From: an uncultured archaeon
GTDB taxonomy: Archaea; Asgardarchaeota; Jordiarchaeia; Jordiarchaeales; Jordiarchaeaceae
Direction of reading: 5' to 3'
Assembly (NCBI GenBank): GCA_964510585.1
Contig: CAZECW010000071.1
Span: 1 to 28,609, forward strand
DNA length: 28,609 bases
Below are positions 1 to 9,708 of the stretch, piece after piece; positions within the stretch are counted from its first letter, which is position 1, and every line of letters starts with the position of its first letter. The translations under genes and the position numbers were made by a program. Under the pieces are notes generated by a model. The model ran no database searches, was not told where the DNA came from, and saw only the letters and a program-made list of their open reading frames with translations.

Positions 1-40
1 TGATGAGATAGACCTGGTTTCGAGAATGCCGGTATTCCAT
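1..40 (-). CDS. tnpA: IS200/IS605 Y1 transposase TnpA, N-terminal 13 codons (truncated by window edge)
   Basis: ATG at 40 gives MEYRHSRNQVYLI, typical of TnpA N-termini just before the NYHxVWxPKYR motif. It lies directly downstream of the left-end hairpin and is not in the ORF track. Confidence 0.75.
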   Translation of the reverse strand, partial: MEYRHSRNQVYLI

Positions 41-136
41 CTGTTGATACCCATAAATTCATCAACACACAAGCCTATAAGCCTTTTTGGCGATTCATCC
101 CCACGACTAAAGTCGGGGGCTTTCTCGCCAAGGGTT
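1..136 (-). mobile_element. IS200/IS605-family element, left end; continues beyond window start
   Basis: Minus strand reads TTAC|AACCCTTGGCGAG-AAAG-CCCCCGAC-TTTA-GTCG-T-GGGG. That is a TTAC target (+137-140), an AAAG guide (+120-123) abutting an imperfect hairpin with a bulged T (+99-119), then a TnpA-like ATG at 40. Same architecture as the IS608 left end. Confidence 0.8.
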
Positions 137-469
137 GTAAACTATTTTTCGTTAGTGAAGAGTGGTTTATTACAGTTTCTTTTCGGTAACCTTAATTACT
201 CTTTTTCCAAACTAGTATTCCATCCCTCCCTTTATCTAAAAATTTGGGTGTCTCTCTGATAGAGCTTTCTTAGCAACATAAGTCTTGGCTTTTTGCCTTG
301 CTTTCATTCCTTGTAGTGCAAGGCAATGGTGGAGGCTAGGATGTCAAACATTTTTTTAACTTTCGAATCAACTAGAATGATAGAGATATTTTTCCAAACG
401 GATTTATTGGATTCCTTATGTTTTAAATAGAGACATTGCCTCTAAAATTATAATACTAAAGAAAAAATA

Positions 470-1120
470 TTGGGGCTTGATGGATTGAGGAAAGTTAAGA
501 TCGATCCTGAAAATCCGGATATGAAGATTATTAGAGAAGCGGGAAGGTTACTGAGAGAAGGAAAACTGGTAGCGTATCCAACAGACACTGTTTATGGTTT
601 AGGGGCAAATCCGTTTGATGTTAAAGCAGTTCAAAATTTATTGAGAGCCAAAAGAAGAAAGTGGGAGTTGGGGTTACCACTACTGGTATCAGATGAAAGT
701 ACAGCTAGAAAAGTAGCTGAGTTCACACCGGACGCAGACCTACTTTCAAAAAATTTTTGGCCTGGAGGATTAACTCTTGTACTAAAACCTCTTATTAAAA
801 TACCCAGTATTGTTACAGGGAATAAAGATAGTATCGCTATTAGGTTACCCGCACATAAAGTCCCACGGTTACTGGCAAAATGTATAGATGGAATTTTGAT
901 AGGAACCAGTGCAAATATCTCAGGCCAACCATCAGCATTAAATGCAGAACAAGTTCAAGAGCAAATCGGAAATGATACAGATATGATATTAGATGGTGGA
1001 GAAACTTTAAATGCCCAACCCTCCACAATAATAGATTTAACCCAAAGGCCCGCAGTAATTCTTCGGGAAGGCAAAATCAGCGCCCAGATGCTAAAAAAAT
1101 TTATAGATGTCAAAGATTAG
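470..1120 (+). CDS. sua5: Threonylcarbamoyl-AMP synthase, short TsaC/YrdC type (no SUA5 C-terminal domain)
   Basis: YPTDTVYGLG, AKRR (KxR), FWPGGLTLVL, IAIRLP and TSANISG motifs; 216 aa. Start may be TTG at 485. Confidence 0.92.
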   Translation: MGLDGLRKVKIDPENPDMKIIREAGRLLREGKLVAYPTDTVYGLGANPFDVKAVQNLLRAKRRKWELGLPLLVSDESTARKVAEFTPDADLLSKNFWPGGLTLVLKPLIKIPSIVTGNKDSIAIRLPAHKVPRLLAKCIDGILIGTSANISGQPSALNAEQVQEQIGNDTDMILDGGETLNAQPSTIIDLTQRPAVILREGKISAQMLKKFIDVKD

Positions 1121-1156
1121 AGCCTTCTTTGAATTAGTTTTAAGAACAGGGAGCGT

Positions 1157-1735
1157 CTATCTCTGCAAAGTTAACAACGATGACCTCTCAATGCAATATC
1201 TCGTTAGAGCATCAATGTAAGAATCCCAGTCATCCGAACGACGAATTGTATCTAGCTCAATTTCGGTAATTTGGAAAAAACTACGTATCCTTCTAAACTT
1301 ATATTCATTAATAGATAAAACTGCATCGTTCTCCGTACCCTTGGTTATTTGCAAAATCTTTTTGTAAACCTCCAGAATAGGATCCTGGGTATCCCCAATT
1401 AAAACGATTCCCATACTTCTGGTGCTCTGCTTTACTCCAAAGTTCTCCACTGCTACACTTATCTGTCTCTGGCCTGAAACATAGAGTAAACATTCTACTG
1501 ACAAGTTATTTGAAATATTTTTACCGTATCTAAAAGCTTTTATGGCGTTTAAGGCGCCAAAAAAAAGGTGCTCCCACGTTGCGATTAAAGAAGAATCGAA
1601 AAGTTGAATCGCTACCCCTGTCTCTTTACTTAGTTCATTAACACTATTGAGAAGAGAAGGCAAGTCTACTCTCTGTGTTTCTAATCCAAAAATTCCAATA
1701 AAACATCGGCAATTCTCAACATTTTTAATTATCAT
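1157..1735 (-). CDS. cgi121: KEOPS complex subunit Cgi121
   Basis: IQLFD...IATWEHL, NISNNLSVECLLYVSGQRQISVAVENFG is the Cgi121 signature. Confidence 0.88.
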   Translation of the reverse strand: MIIKNVENCRCFIGIFGLETQRVDLPSLLNSVNELSKETGVAIQLFDSSLIATWEHLFFGALNAIKAFRYGKNISNNLSVECLLYVSGQRQISVAVENFGVKQSTRSMGIVLIGDTQDPILEVYKKILQITKGTENDAVLSINEYKFRRIRSFFQITEIELDTIRRSDDWDSYIDALTRYCIERSSLLTLQR

Positions 1736-1794
1736 AAAAATTTACTTCCTTAAGCGCCTTTTGAATAAACCTTTGTAGAAAATGTACCCTTTTT

Positions 1795-2442
1795 TTAATG
1801 TTTTGCGTCCATCGAGTATCTTTCGATTACCTTAACCCAATTAATAAAGTAGTCTATATATTCAGGTCGAATTTTAGTCCGCTCTATCTCTTTTTTTATT
1901 TCCTTCAAATTTTTCCCCTCTTTTCCTAATTTTCTCACAAGGCTACTAATTGTTTCAAAAATCTCCCAAGGGTAAATTATCCAAGCTTCTGTCTCAGAAA
2001 TATAGTAGTCTGGGCATACTATAGATTTAGGTTTTCGGTGCAGAGTAGAGATCCTTACCTCAGATGCTCCCTTACTTCTCAGACACTCTGCGGTTACTTT
2101 AAGACTTTTGCCCGTATCTGCAACATCATCACAAACTAGTATCCTTTTGCCCCTAACATCTACAGAAACATCCTGGGTTATGCAAGGGATATCCCGCGTC
2201 TGACTTATGTCCTCATAAAATTCTACCCGAATATTCGCCACCTCCTTTATGCCAAGTAAATCTGATAGTACGCGTGCAACAATCCATCCTCCACGAGCAA
2301 TGCCAACTATATAATCAGGTCTATACTTGTCTTTAACAATCTTTTTCGCCAATTTTATTAGTAATTCGTAAATCTCATCCCAACTGGGAGCAATATATTT
2401 GATTTTATCCAACAAAAACACCATAAGCTTGATTTTGTTCAC
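1795..2442 (-). CDS. Type I phosphoribosyltransferase (archaeal purine PRTase-like)
   Basis: IVGIARGG, PRPP-binding loop ILVCDDVADTGKSL, C-terminal WIIYPWE. True start is possibly a few codons downstream. Confidence 0.88.
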   Translation of the reverse strand: MNKIKLMVFLLDKIKYIAPSWDEIYELLIKLAKKIVKDKYRPDYIVGIARGGWIVARVLSDLLGIKEVANIRVEFYEDISQTRDIPCITQDVSVDVRGKRILVCDDVADTGKSLKVTAECLRSKGASEVRISTLHRKPKSIVCPDYYISETEAWIIYPWEIFETISSLVRKLGKEGKNLKEIKKEIERTKIRPEYIDYFINWVKVIERYSMDAKH

Positions 2443-2639
2443 TTTTTAGATAATAAATATTTAGGATACTATCCTGATTAAATCTATTATCCGTTTCATA
2501 TATTATTGTTGGAAATCATTATGTGCAAGTGATATTTAGTTGAAAAACCTAATGGGCATTAACCACTTTTGCACCATACAAAATCCTTTTTTACTTTACT
2601 AGCAATTATTAGCTAGACCATCAAATTGAGGGAGCATAA

Positions 2640-3371
2640 ATGATAGTTACTCTACAATTCGGCTTCCAGTTTACGTTGGACATACCCGTACTAGTTAGAT
2701 TGGCTCCGCTATTTTTAATCCTAGCAGGATCAGCTGCGGCGGGAAGACTTCTTGAGAGAGCATTTAGAGTTGTGCCTGTTGTAGGCAGTGGAGTGCAACT
2801 GTTAATACGAATAATAGTTTATTTAGGCATAATAATAGGCATATTCTGCATAATTTCAGGTGTACAGACGTGGCTAACAGGGTACAATATATTACAAAGC
2901 TTTTTTATCTTGTATCTTGCGGCGATTAGTGGGGTTCAAAGCGTTTACGGTTCTACTTTCTATATGTTGAGCTTAATTATTCAATACAAGTATTATTTCT
3001 GGCTTCACCCTGCTTACACCTATGGTATTCTTATACTAGTGGGGTTCGCACTTTTAATGAAGCCAATAAAGGCAGTTCCTTGGGCGGCGGTTATTGCATT
3101 AATAGTAGGAGGCGGTGTTACAGCACTGGTATGGAAATACTTCAACATTACTGAAACTACCTGGCTAATCGTGGTATTCATAGCAGCTCTACTCCTTACA
3201 TATTTACTTTTCAAGTTCATTGAAGATTTACTCAAAATACTCGCAACGATTCTCACATTTCCCATAATTGCCGTGCCATTTGGCTTAATTTGCATTGTTC
3301 AGGGAATACTACTGCTAGTTGGCAGTTCTTTGGGAGCCATACTTGCACCATTATTAGGTTCGATAATCTAA
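2640..3371 (+). CDS. Multi-pass membrane protein, unknown function
   Basis: 243 aa with about 6-7 long hydrophobic segments; GGGAG SD-like motif before the ATG; no recognisable motif. Confidence 0.75.
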   Translation: MIVTLQFGFQFTLDIPVLVRLAPLFLILAGSAAAGRLLERAFRVVPVVGSGVQLLIRIIVYLGIIIGIFCIISGVQTWLTGYNILQSFFILYLAAISGVQSVYGSTFYMLSLIIQYKYYFWLHPAYTYGILILVGFALLMKPIKAVPWAAVIALIVGGGVTALVWKYFNITETTWLIVVFIAALLLTYLLFKFIEDLLKILATILTFPIIAVPFGLICIVQGILLLVGSSLGAILAPLLGSII

Positions 3372-3410
3372 AATTTATACTAACTCAGAAGCCATTCTTT
3401 AGGAATCGTC

Positions 3411-3444
3411 AGAGTAGTGAAAAATAGGAATTCACTATTACTCT
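3411..3444. terminator. Imperfect hairpin between convergent genes (possible terminator)
   Basis: AGAGTAGTGAA pairs with TTCACTA(TT)ACTCT, with a bulge, between the 3' ends of the membrane gene and the DHH gene. Confidence 0.25.
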
Positions 3445-3552
3445 ACAAAAGCCTCTTCTCCGTATCCGATAGCATAGAAAATAAGAACAGGTGTCAGTCG
3501 AAAGGAAAAGTGATTATTCAGCGGTTCATAAATTCATTTTAACTTCATTTTT

Positions 3553-4551
3553 TTAATCCAGAGGGCCTGGTGGTGCATTTTCTAACTTTTCTTTAATTAT
3601 TTTCAGTAAATATTTGATAACTTTAGTATAGCTATTTTTCCCATTAAAACCGGCGGCGGTTGAGTGTCCTCCACCGACACCTTCAACTGTGGCGCCCAGT
3701 TCCTCCATAAGTTTTCCCAAATGAATACCTGTTTTTTTGTAAATGTTCTGTGTGGATCTAGCACTTACTCTGATTTCCTCTTTTCTTTTGGCTACCACTA
3801 TTGCTATGTCTGCTCCTGTCTCGATAAGTGCTCTGCAGGCACTAGCCTCGTAAGAACTTACATGTGAAATGGCAATTAACCAATTTTTAATGTCATGTAT
3901 CTGCGCTCTATTAACAGCCTTCAGCCTTGCCATCCTTTCTGATCTAGGCATTGTAGTGCTAAGTCTCTCAATTACCGTGTTGTAGTCCGCGCCTGCATCT
4001 ATAAGATCCGTGACGGCCCTAAAGGTGGAAGCGTTTGCTAAAAGAAAGTGTTTACTATCGTAGGTTATTCCTATAAGCAAAGCCATAGCGGTGTCTGTGC
4101 TCGGTTTTATGCTTGCTTCCTTAAAAAGGTTGTACACTATTTCGGCAGTTGAGGTAGATGTTTCATCAATTATTAGGTGCTTGGTAAATTGGGTTGCAGA
4201 TATATGGGGTGTGTGATGGTCGATGAGCAGTATTGGTTTTAAAAGGTTTACTACTGAGCGGTAGCAACCTAGTTGTTCAATATTATTAGTGTCAACGATT
4301 ATAAAGGCGTCAAACATATCAACCGTGATATCTTTAGCTAAAGGTACCTGTAGATCCTCTAATACCCCATTTGAGACTTTACTTATATCATCGGCGGCTA
4401 TTAAGGATTCAATTTCTGGAAAAAGGTGTGCGACTAGCTTTTTTATGGCATAAGCACTACACAATGCGTCTGGGTCTGCGTTTTGGTGACAAATAATTAA
4501 AATCTTTTGAATATGATTAATGAAGAAGTTTTTAAACGTATTTAGGATCAA
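3553..4551 (-). CDS. DHH/DHHA1 phosphoesterase (NrnA/RecJ-like)
   Basis: HQNADPDALCS, IIVDT, LIDHH and C-terminal GGGHSTAAG motifs; usual position after pfdB-DUF3194. Confidence 0.9.
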   Translation of the reverse strand: MILNTFKNFFINHIQKILIICHQNADPDALCSAYAIKKLVAHLFPEIESLIAADDISKVSNGVLEDLQVPLAKDITVDMFDAFIIVDTNNIEQLGCYRSVVNLLKPILLIDHHTPHISATQFTKHLIIDETSTSTAEIVYNLFKEASIKPSTDTAMALLIGITYDSKHFLLANASTFRAVTDLIDAGADYNTVIERLSTTMPRSERMARLKAVNRAQIHDIKNWLIAISHVSSYEASACRALIETGADIAIVVAKRKEEIRVSARSTQNIYKKTGIHLGKLMEELGATVEGVGGGHSTAAGFNGKNSYTKVIKYLLKIIKEKLENAPPGPLD

Positions 4552-4553
4552 AG

Positions 4554-4844
4554 TTATAACCCTAATAGCCTTCCATCTATAGCCTTCATAGCTACTCTCA
4601 GTGCCTCTTCTACTAGCATTTTATTTTCTTGTTCAGATAAAGACTTAATTTCAAGATTTATTTCAATAGTTAAATTTGTGGTTTCTTCTGAACCTAACTC
4701 AACCATGATTTCCAACTGGTTAACTTCTTTCTTAGGAACTTTTGAGTAAATATATTTCTTTATTTCGTCCTCAGCAAGAATACAAAGTTCTTCGAATTCC
4801 TCCAATGTTAAATTTTTCAAATCTCTCTTCTTTTTTTCTATCAT
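4554..4844 (-). CDS. DUF3194-like conserved archaeal protein
   Basis: LCILAEDEIKKYIYSKVPKKEV..LEIMVEL pattern, about 96 aa, conserved position between pfdB and DHH. Confidence 0.7.
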   Translation of the reverse strand: MIEKKKRDLKNLTLEEFEELCILAEDEIKKYIYSKVPKKEVNQLEIMVELGSEETTNLTIEINLEIKSLSEQENKMLVEEALRVAMKAIDGRLLGL

Positions 4845-4845
4845 T

Positions 4846-5214
4846 TTAGCCCGCCGGGCTTAAACCTCGTTGCTGAAGCGATTCCTGAACTTTTGCCCGC
4901 ATCTCCTCTAGCTGCTTCCTTGAACGCTCTTCCTGTCTCTGAAGAGTTTTTACCCTTAATTCAAGTGTTTCCTTTTTATCCCGAAGTTCTTCCTTAACCT
5001 TTTCAGGTTGGGTTTTTATCAGTAACGTTCCAACCATTTTGTAAACACTGCTTCCCTGCTCAATTTTTTCGAGTTCACTTAAAGCCTGTTCTGTTTCCCT
5101 CAACTGAATTTCAGATTGAGACCTTTGAGTGATAATTATTTCCAACTTTTGTTGCAATTGCTGCAGCATTGATATTTGATGCTGAACCTGTGGGGGAATT
5201 TCATTTCCTGACAA
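4846..5214 (-). CDS. pfdB: Prefoldin beta subunit
   Basis: Coiled-coil arms flanking VYKMVGTLLIK hairpin; GGAGG SD before TTG. Confidence 0.95.
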   Translation of the reverse strand: MSGNEIPPQVQHQISMLQQLQQKLEIIITQRSQSEIQLRETEQALSELEKIEQGSSVYKMVGTLLIKTQPEKVKEELRDKKETLELRVKTLQRQEERSRKQLEEMRAKVQESLQQRGLSPAG

Positions 5215-5225
5215 CTACACGCCTC

Positions 5226-5471
5226 CTAAACAAGTTCGTTAATGTCATAAATTATTTTTAACCATCTGAGATACGAGTTTAAAGCCGCTCTGAGCGCAAC
5301 CGTATCCTCAGCCTTAATTTCTATGCTTATAATGTCACCATCTCTTTTTAATTTACCTATACAACGCTCGCTAGCACCGGAAATAACTTCAAGAAAAAGA
5401 GCTCTAAAAACAACTTCCAATAAATTCCTAGGCAAAGTAATTTGTATAACTCCTTTTGCATTGTATTTCAT
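5226..5471 (-). CDS. pcc1: KEOPS complex subunit Pcc1
   Basis: IEIKAEDTVALRAALNSYLRWL signature. Confidence 0.9.
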   Translation of the reverse strand: MKYNAKGVIQITLPRNLLEVVFRALFLEVISGASERCIGKLKRDGDIISIEIKAEDTVALRAALNSYLRWLKIIYDINELV

Positions 5472-5640
5472 TAAATTTACTCCAAATACTTTTTGTGCCT
5501 TACCCTAAAATATTGGTAATCTTAAAATGTTACAATTTTAATCAATATCCTATTTGCGATAGAAAATGTTCTTTTAGGTCTCCTTTTTATGCAGACTGAA
5601 GCTAGAAGAAGCATCAAATATTTATGAAGGTAGCAAAAAT

Positions 5641-5931
5641 TTATTGTGGTGGCTTATTTTTCTCCGAGCTTAACGCAACTGTGTCTATGATATGTCTTTT
5701 TTCCTTGCCTAAAGGAGTTTCTGGAAGATAAGCCCCACCCGTAAAGGTATGTCCACATTTTCTGCAGGTCCATACTCCAGTAGACACTCGTCTAACCGCT
5801 TTAGTTGCACACCGGGGACATTTATGAAAGGTACTCAGTCCTTCCAAGATAGTTTTTACACGCTTTCTCACCTTTGTACCATATCTTGCTCCAAACCTAC
5901 CAGTAATACCTACTTTCTTAGTTCTCGGCAT
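5641..5931 (-). CDS. rpl37ae: Ribosomal protein L37ae (eL43)
   Basis: KKVGITGRFGARYG, CPRC...GVWTCRKC zinc ribbon, FTGGAY. Confidence 0.97.
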   Translation of the reverse strand: MPRTKKVGITGRFGARYGTKVRKRVKTILEGLSTFHKCPRCATKAVRRVSTGVWTCRKCGHTFTGGAYLPETPLGKEKRHIIDTVALSSEKNKPPQ

Positions 5932-6752
5932 TATGAGACCTCCTGCCTCTTTAAGATTGGTAGAATATATTTTTCTCTAAGTTCTTTTGTAATATCTCTA
6001 GCTATATCTATGGCCCTGTAAATATCTTGTTGGGTTAGGGCTCCACGCTCTCCTTTTTGGACGGCTACTAGATTACCGTTCGCATCATAAACAATGGTAA
6101 TTCTACAATCCATAACGTTTTCTTCCTCTTCTATGGGATCCACACAGAGTTGGTCGCCTATTTTTGCGAGGGTCAATGAAACCGGTATGTTGGTTACAGG
6201 TAATGGCATTTTTTCACTTAGCAATTTTACCTTTCCATTCTCAACTTCGGTTTTTGGAAGCATAGTGGTAAGTAAAGCACAAACACCAGCTAGAGAAGAA
6301 GCGTCAAATAGATTCCCACCGTGATCAATTATATATATGTCCACGAAAAGAATCCAAACCTTTTCATTGGGAATTATGCAGAGTTTGTCCACATCTACCA
6401 TTTTGGATTCACGGATACCCCTGTCAACAACTCTTGCGAGTTCGACTGCCTCTTCGCTGGGTGGTCCTGATTCAAAATAGGGAGAAGCCATTGGTATAAA
6501 CTCTGCAGCAACAGTTACGACACCCGAGTTAGGAGTATCGGGGTAGGGGGTTCCAATTTCTGCACTTACCCCCACGATAACCTTTGTGTTACCAATAGTT
6601 ACCCTAGCAGAGCCACTGGCTTTCTCCACCACTCCGGTTTCAATAGTTATCGGACGTACCTCTCTTAATCCACGGCCGTCCACTCTCTTTTCTCTAGCTA
6701 CAATTGATCTAATGTACTTTGATTCAATTTCAGAGATAAGACTATGAGGCAT
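5931..6752 (-). CDS. rrp42: Exosome complex component Rrp42
   Basis: RVDGRGLREVRPI, ASGSARVTIGNT, ELARVVDRGIRES. Start set at ATG 6752 (MPHSLISE) just after the rrp41 stop; the ORF-track start 6812 would overlap rrp41. Confidence 0.95.
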   Translation of the reverse strand: MPHSLISEIESKYIRSIVAREKRVDGRGLREVRPITIETGVVEKASGSARVTIGNTKVIVGVSAEIGTPYPDTPNSGVVTVAAEFIPMASPYFESGPPSEEAVELARVVDRGIRESKMVDVDKLCIIPNEKVWILFVDIYIIDHGGNLFDASSLAGVCALLTTMLPKTEVENGKVKLLSEKMPLPVTNIPVSLTLAKIGDQLCVDPIEEEENVMDCRITIVYDANGNLVAVQKGERGALTQQDIYRAIDIARDITKELREKYILPILKRQEVS

Positions 6753-6756
6753 TTTT

Positions 6757-7533
6757 TCATCCCCCATTTTCCTGTTCATCTGCTTCTTCTGAAGCCTCAC
6801 CTTGGATATCAATATATTTTTGGATTAAGATTTCCCTTTGCATTTCGTAAATCTTTCGACAACCCTTTACTGCCAGTTCGTAGGCTTCGATGAATTCCTC
6901 TCTGGTCATTATACCATCCATCTGTAATAGTGTAGTTAGTCCTTTGCGAGGCATTATGGCAACAGGTAAGTCCGCCTGGCCATTTTTATCTTCCAAATCA
7001 CTTAGATCCAAAGCGATTTTACCATCTATCTTTCCAGCGGCAACAGCAGATACCAAATCCCGCAAGGGAATTCCAGCGTCCGCTAAGGCTAGGGAAGCAG
7101 CGGTTATACTTGAACATCTGGTACCTCCATCCGCTTGGATTACCTGTATATAAACATCTATGGAAGCCCTGGGATAGTATTTTAGAAAAACTGCGGGAGC
7201 AAGAGCCTCCGTTATAACTTTTGAAAGTTCTGTTTCTCTGCGGGATGGCGCTGGGCTTTTTCTCTCCTCTACAGAAAAGGTAGCCATCCTATAAATACAC
7301 TGTAGTAGGGCTTCATCAGGTTGTGCAAGGTGGCGTGGATGTAATTCCCGCGGGCCATAAACTGCTGCGAGAATCTTACTTTTTCCCTGTTCAATGTATG
7401 CAGAGCCATCTGCTCTTGCCAGAACTCCGACTTCTAGTTTAATGGGTCGAAGTTCATCCAATCTTCTTCCGTCAAGTCTCAAATTGTCTTCATTTAGTAA
7501 CTTTATCTGCGAAGGAAAATGAAAATCTTCCAT
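6757..7533 (-). CDS. rrp41: Exosome complex exonuclease Rrp41
   Basis: [37 protein letters not shown], catalytic DLSDLED. Start set at ATG 7533 after a GGTGAT SD. Confidence 0.96.
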   Translation of the reverse strand: MEDFHFPSQIKLLNEDNLRLDGRRLDELRPIKLEVGVLARADGSAYIEQGKSKILAAVYGPRELHPRHLAQPDEALLQCIYRMATFSVEERKSPAPSRRETELSKVITEALAPAVFLKYYPRASIDVYIQVIQADGGTRCSSITAASLALADAGIPLRDLVSAVAAGKIDGKIALDLSDLEDKNGQADLPVAIMPRKGLTTLLQMDGIMTREEFIEAYELAVKGCRKIYEMQREILIQKYIDIQGEASEEADEQENGG

Positions 7534-7551
7534 TACGATCACCAACAAGAT

Positions 7552-8229
7552 TTACTTATGAATTAACTCCCTTACTCTATCAGTTAAACCAGAGGTGTGG
7601 GCCTCCCGTTCAATCTGTCTTATAGCTTTAATAACCCTCTCCTCGTCTTCGAAACTCTTTCCAGAAACCCAAACAACACCATTCTGACCAATAACAATCT
7701 GACATCCTGTTTCCTTTTTAATCATATTTATCATTGAACCCTTCCGCCCGATTAAACGCGGAATCTTCGTGGGTAAAATATTTACTAGGTATCCGCCTTG
7801 AAGTTTGCCAAGTCCCCGTTCTTTTGTGGTAAGCAGAGGCGCCCGCGTTCGATCAAATGCCATTATCTTCGCAACTAGCGTATCTCCTACATCAAAATAC
7901 CTGCGAAGGTCTTCTTTTAATGGATCCATATGCCTTTCAAAAATGTTTACCGGATGCATTGTAGCTTGGTATGGTGAATTTATGTCAATTCTCCATGAAG
8001 TCATCTTTACATCTATTACCTTTCCAATAACCACATCACCAACTTTTGGAATGTACGCTCCTTCGAAAGCAACAACTTGCACAACTTTGCCCTTCGCCTC
8101 TACCAAGCCTACTACAGAAGAGTAGATACAATTTCCTTCCCTAAACGTACCTTCGCCAGGCTTATAACCTCCCTCTGCGAGTAACTCGCCAGGTACCACA
8201 ATCTGTCTATTTTTAAAATATAATGTCAA
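7552..8229 (-). CDS. rrp4: Exosome RNA-binding protein Rrp4
   Basis: VVPGELL N-domain, S1 domain (YIPKVGDVVIGKV), KH domain (PRLIGRKGSMI...IGQNG), AHTSGLTDR. Confidence 0.96.
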   Translation of the reverse strand: MTLYFKNRQIVVPGELLAEGGYKPGEGTFREGNCIYSSVVGLVEAKGKVVQVVAFEGAYIPKVGDVVIGKVIDVKMTSWRIDINSPYQATMHPVNIFERHMDPLKEDLRRYFDVGDTLVAKIMAFDRTRAPLLTTKERGLGKLQGGYLVNILPTKIPRLIGRKGSMINMIKKETGCQIVIGQNGVVWVSGKSFEDEERVIKAIRQIEREAHTSGLTDRVRELIHK

Positions 8230-8242
8230 AAAGAAACCCCCT

Positions 8243-8965
8243 TTATTCTTTGATAAATGTCACTTGTGCTTTACCCTTAGTTTGATTATTTATTGTTTCT
8301 ACAAATTTACCTCTAAGCCCTGCAGGAATCTCCAATTGGGCAATCCATGAGCCGTCACTTTGCCATTCTTGTTTGGTAACTGTTCCGAAACGTTCCACTA
8401 TGCTATATCCCTTACCTGAAAAATCAGGTGGAAACTTGACAGCCAGTTTTAAGAGTTCCATTCTTATAGGTATTATTGGCTGAAGCATTTTTAATATGTC
8501 TTTTGCTTGCTCTTCGGGGCTTCTCCACAAGTCGATTTGAACTTTTGCTTCCTCCATAGCACGTTCTATTCTTGCTGGAGGATGGGGGAGGCCAGTCTGG
8601 GGGTTAATACAGTTACGGGCAAGAATATTAATTATCTGCAATTTTTTGTTGTTTATCATCTCTCTGCGTTGCTCAGTAGTGAGTTGTATAAACCCTTTCT
8701 TCAGTATGATAGGCGCGATTTTATTTATATCTAATGTTTCAAACACTTTAAGCAGTTTATCTTCGGATGCTTTAAGACCTTTATGAGCGTCTTCAAATAT
8801 GTCAAAGCTTTTCAATATCTCTGATAAGTCAATATTCTTACCGCGACGAAAGTCCCAAGCCTTGTTAGGGTCAACAAGAATCTCAAACCTTTCTCCATGG
8901 GATTCATAGCGAGCTATTACTGTATCACCTAAATCGACCCATTTCGCACCCCGAATGTCAGACAT
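8243..8965 (-). CDS. sdo1: Ribosome maturation factor SBDS/Sdo1
   Basis: [41 protein letters not shown]. Confidence 0.96.
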   Translation of the reverse strand: MSDIRGAKWVDLGDTVIARYESHGERFEILVDPNKAWDFRRGKNIDLSEILKSFDIFEDAHKGLKASEDKLLKVFETLDINKIAPIILKKGFIQLTTEQRREMINNKKLQIINILARNCINPQTGLPHPPARIERAMEEAKVQIDLWRSPEEQAKDILKMLQPIIPIRMELLKLAVKFPPDFSGKGYSIVERFGTVTKQEWQSDGSWIAQLEIPAGLRGKFVETINNQTKGKAQVTFIKE

Positions 8966-8976
8966 AACTATCAGTC

Positions 8977-9708
8977 CTAACTTCCACCAGACTTTCTAAC
9001 CTCATTGATATAACTTTGAACTTCGCTAGAGGATAGTCTCCTGAAAATTCTCGATTTAACATCCACCACCGCAACCTCAACTTTTGAGGGATCAAGTTCA
9101 GACTCTAACACCTGATTTAAAGCCTTGAGAGAAAGTTTAATAGAATCCTCAAGCCCCATATCCTTTTTATACTCTTTTTCCAGAACTTCTTTAGCGGCCT
9201 GAGAACCACTACCTATTGCAGCTGCCCAATAAGACCAGTAAGTCCCAGAAGGGTCGGTCATAAATAATTTGGGGCCCAGTTCATCTACACCTGCTATCAG
9301 AAAGGAAACTCCAAACGGTCTAACGCCAGCGTGCTGAGTATACATTTGTTTAGTGTCACCAATGTATCTGGTTAAACTTTCAACAGTAATAGGCTCATCA
9401 TATGTTAGACGATTAACTTGGGCCTGAATCCTAGCTTGATTTACAAGAACTCGTGCATCAGCTGTTAATCCCGCGATGGCAGTTCCAATATGTTCGTCAA
9501 TAACAAAAATTTTTTCTACACTCTCGGGGTCTTGAAGGGCTAAAACCCGCTTCTCTACTGCAAGCACCACGCCCTCTTTACATCTTACACCAATAGCGGT
9601 GGTGCCTCGACGTACGGCCTCAATTGCGTATTCCACCTGAAAAAGCCTCCCATCTGGGGAGAAAATGGTTATAGCGCGGTCATAGCCCAATCCAGGAGCG
9701 GCAAACAT
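8977..9708 (-). CDS. psmA: Proteasome subunit alpha
   Basis: [21 protein letters not shown] signature, [13 protein letters not shown]; GGAGG SD. Confidence 0.98.
   Translation of the reverse strand: MFAAPGLGYDRAITIFSPDGRLFQVEYAIEAVRRGTTAIGVRCKEGVVLAVEKRVLALQDPESVEKIFVIDEHIGTAIAGLTADARVLVNQARIQAQVNRLTYDEPITVESLTRYIGDTKQMYTQHAGVRPFGVSFLIAGVDELGPKLFMTDPSGTYWSYWAAAIGSGSQAAKEVLEKEYKKDMGLEDSIKLSLKALNQVLESELDPSKVEVAVVDVKSRIFRRLSSSEVQSYINEVRKSGGS

Noticed and set aside
26-259. 77-aa + strand ORF
   Set aside because: Overlaps the IS left-end hairpin and tnpA start on the opposite strand; no protein-like motif.
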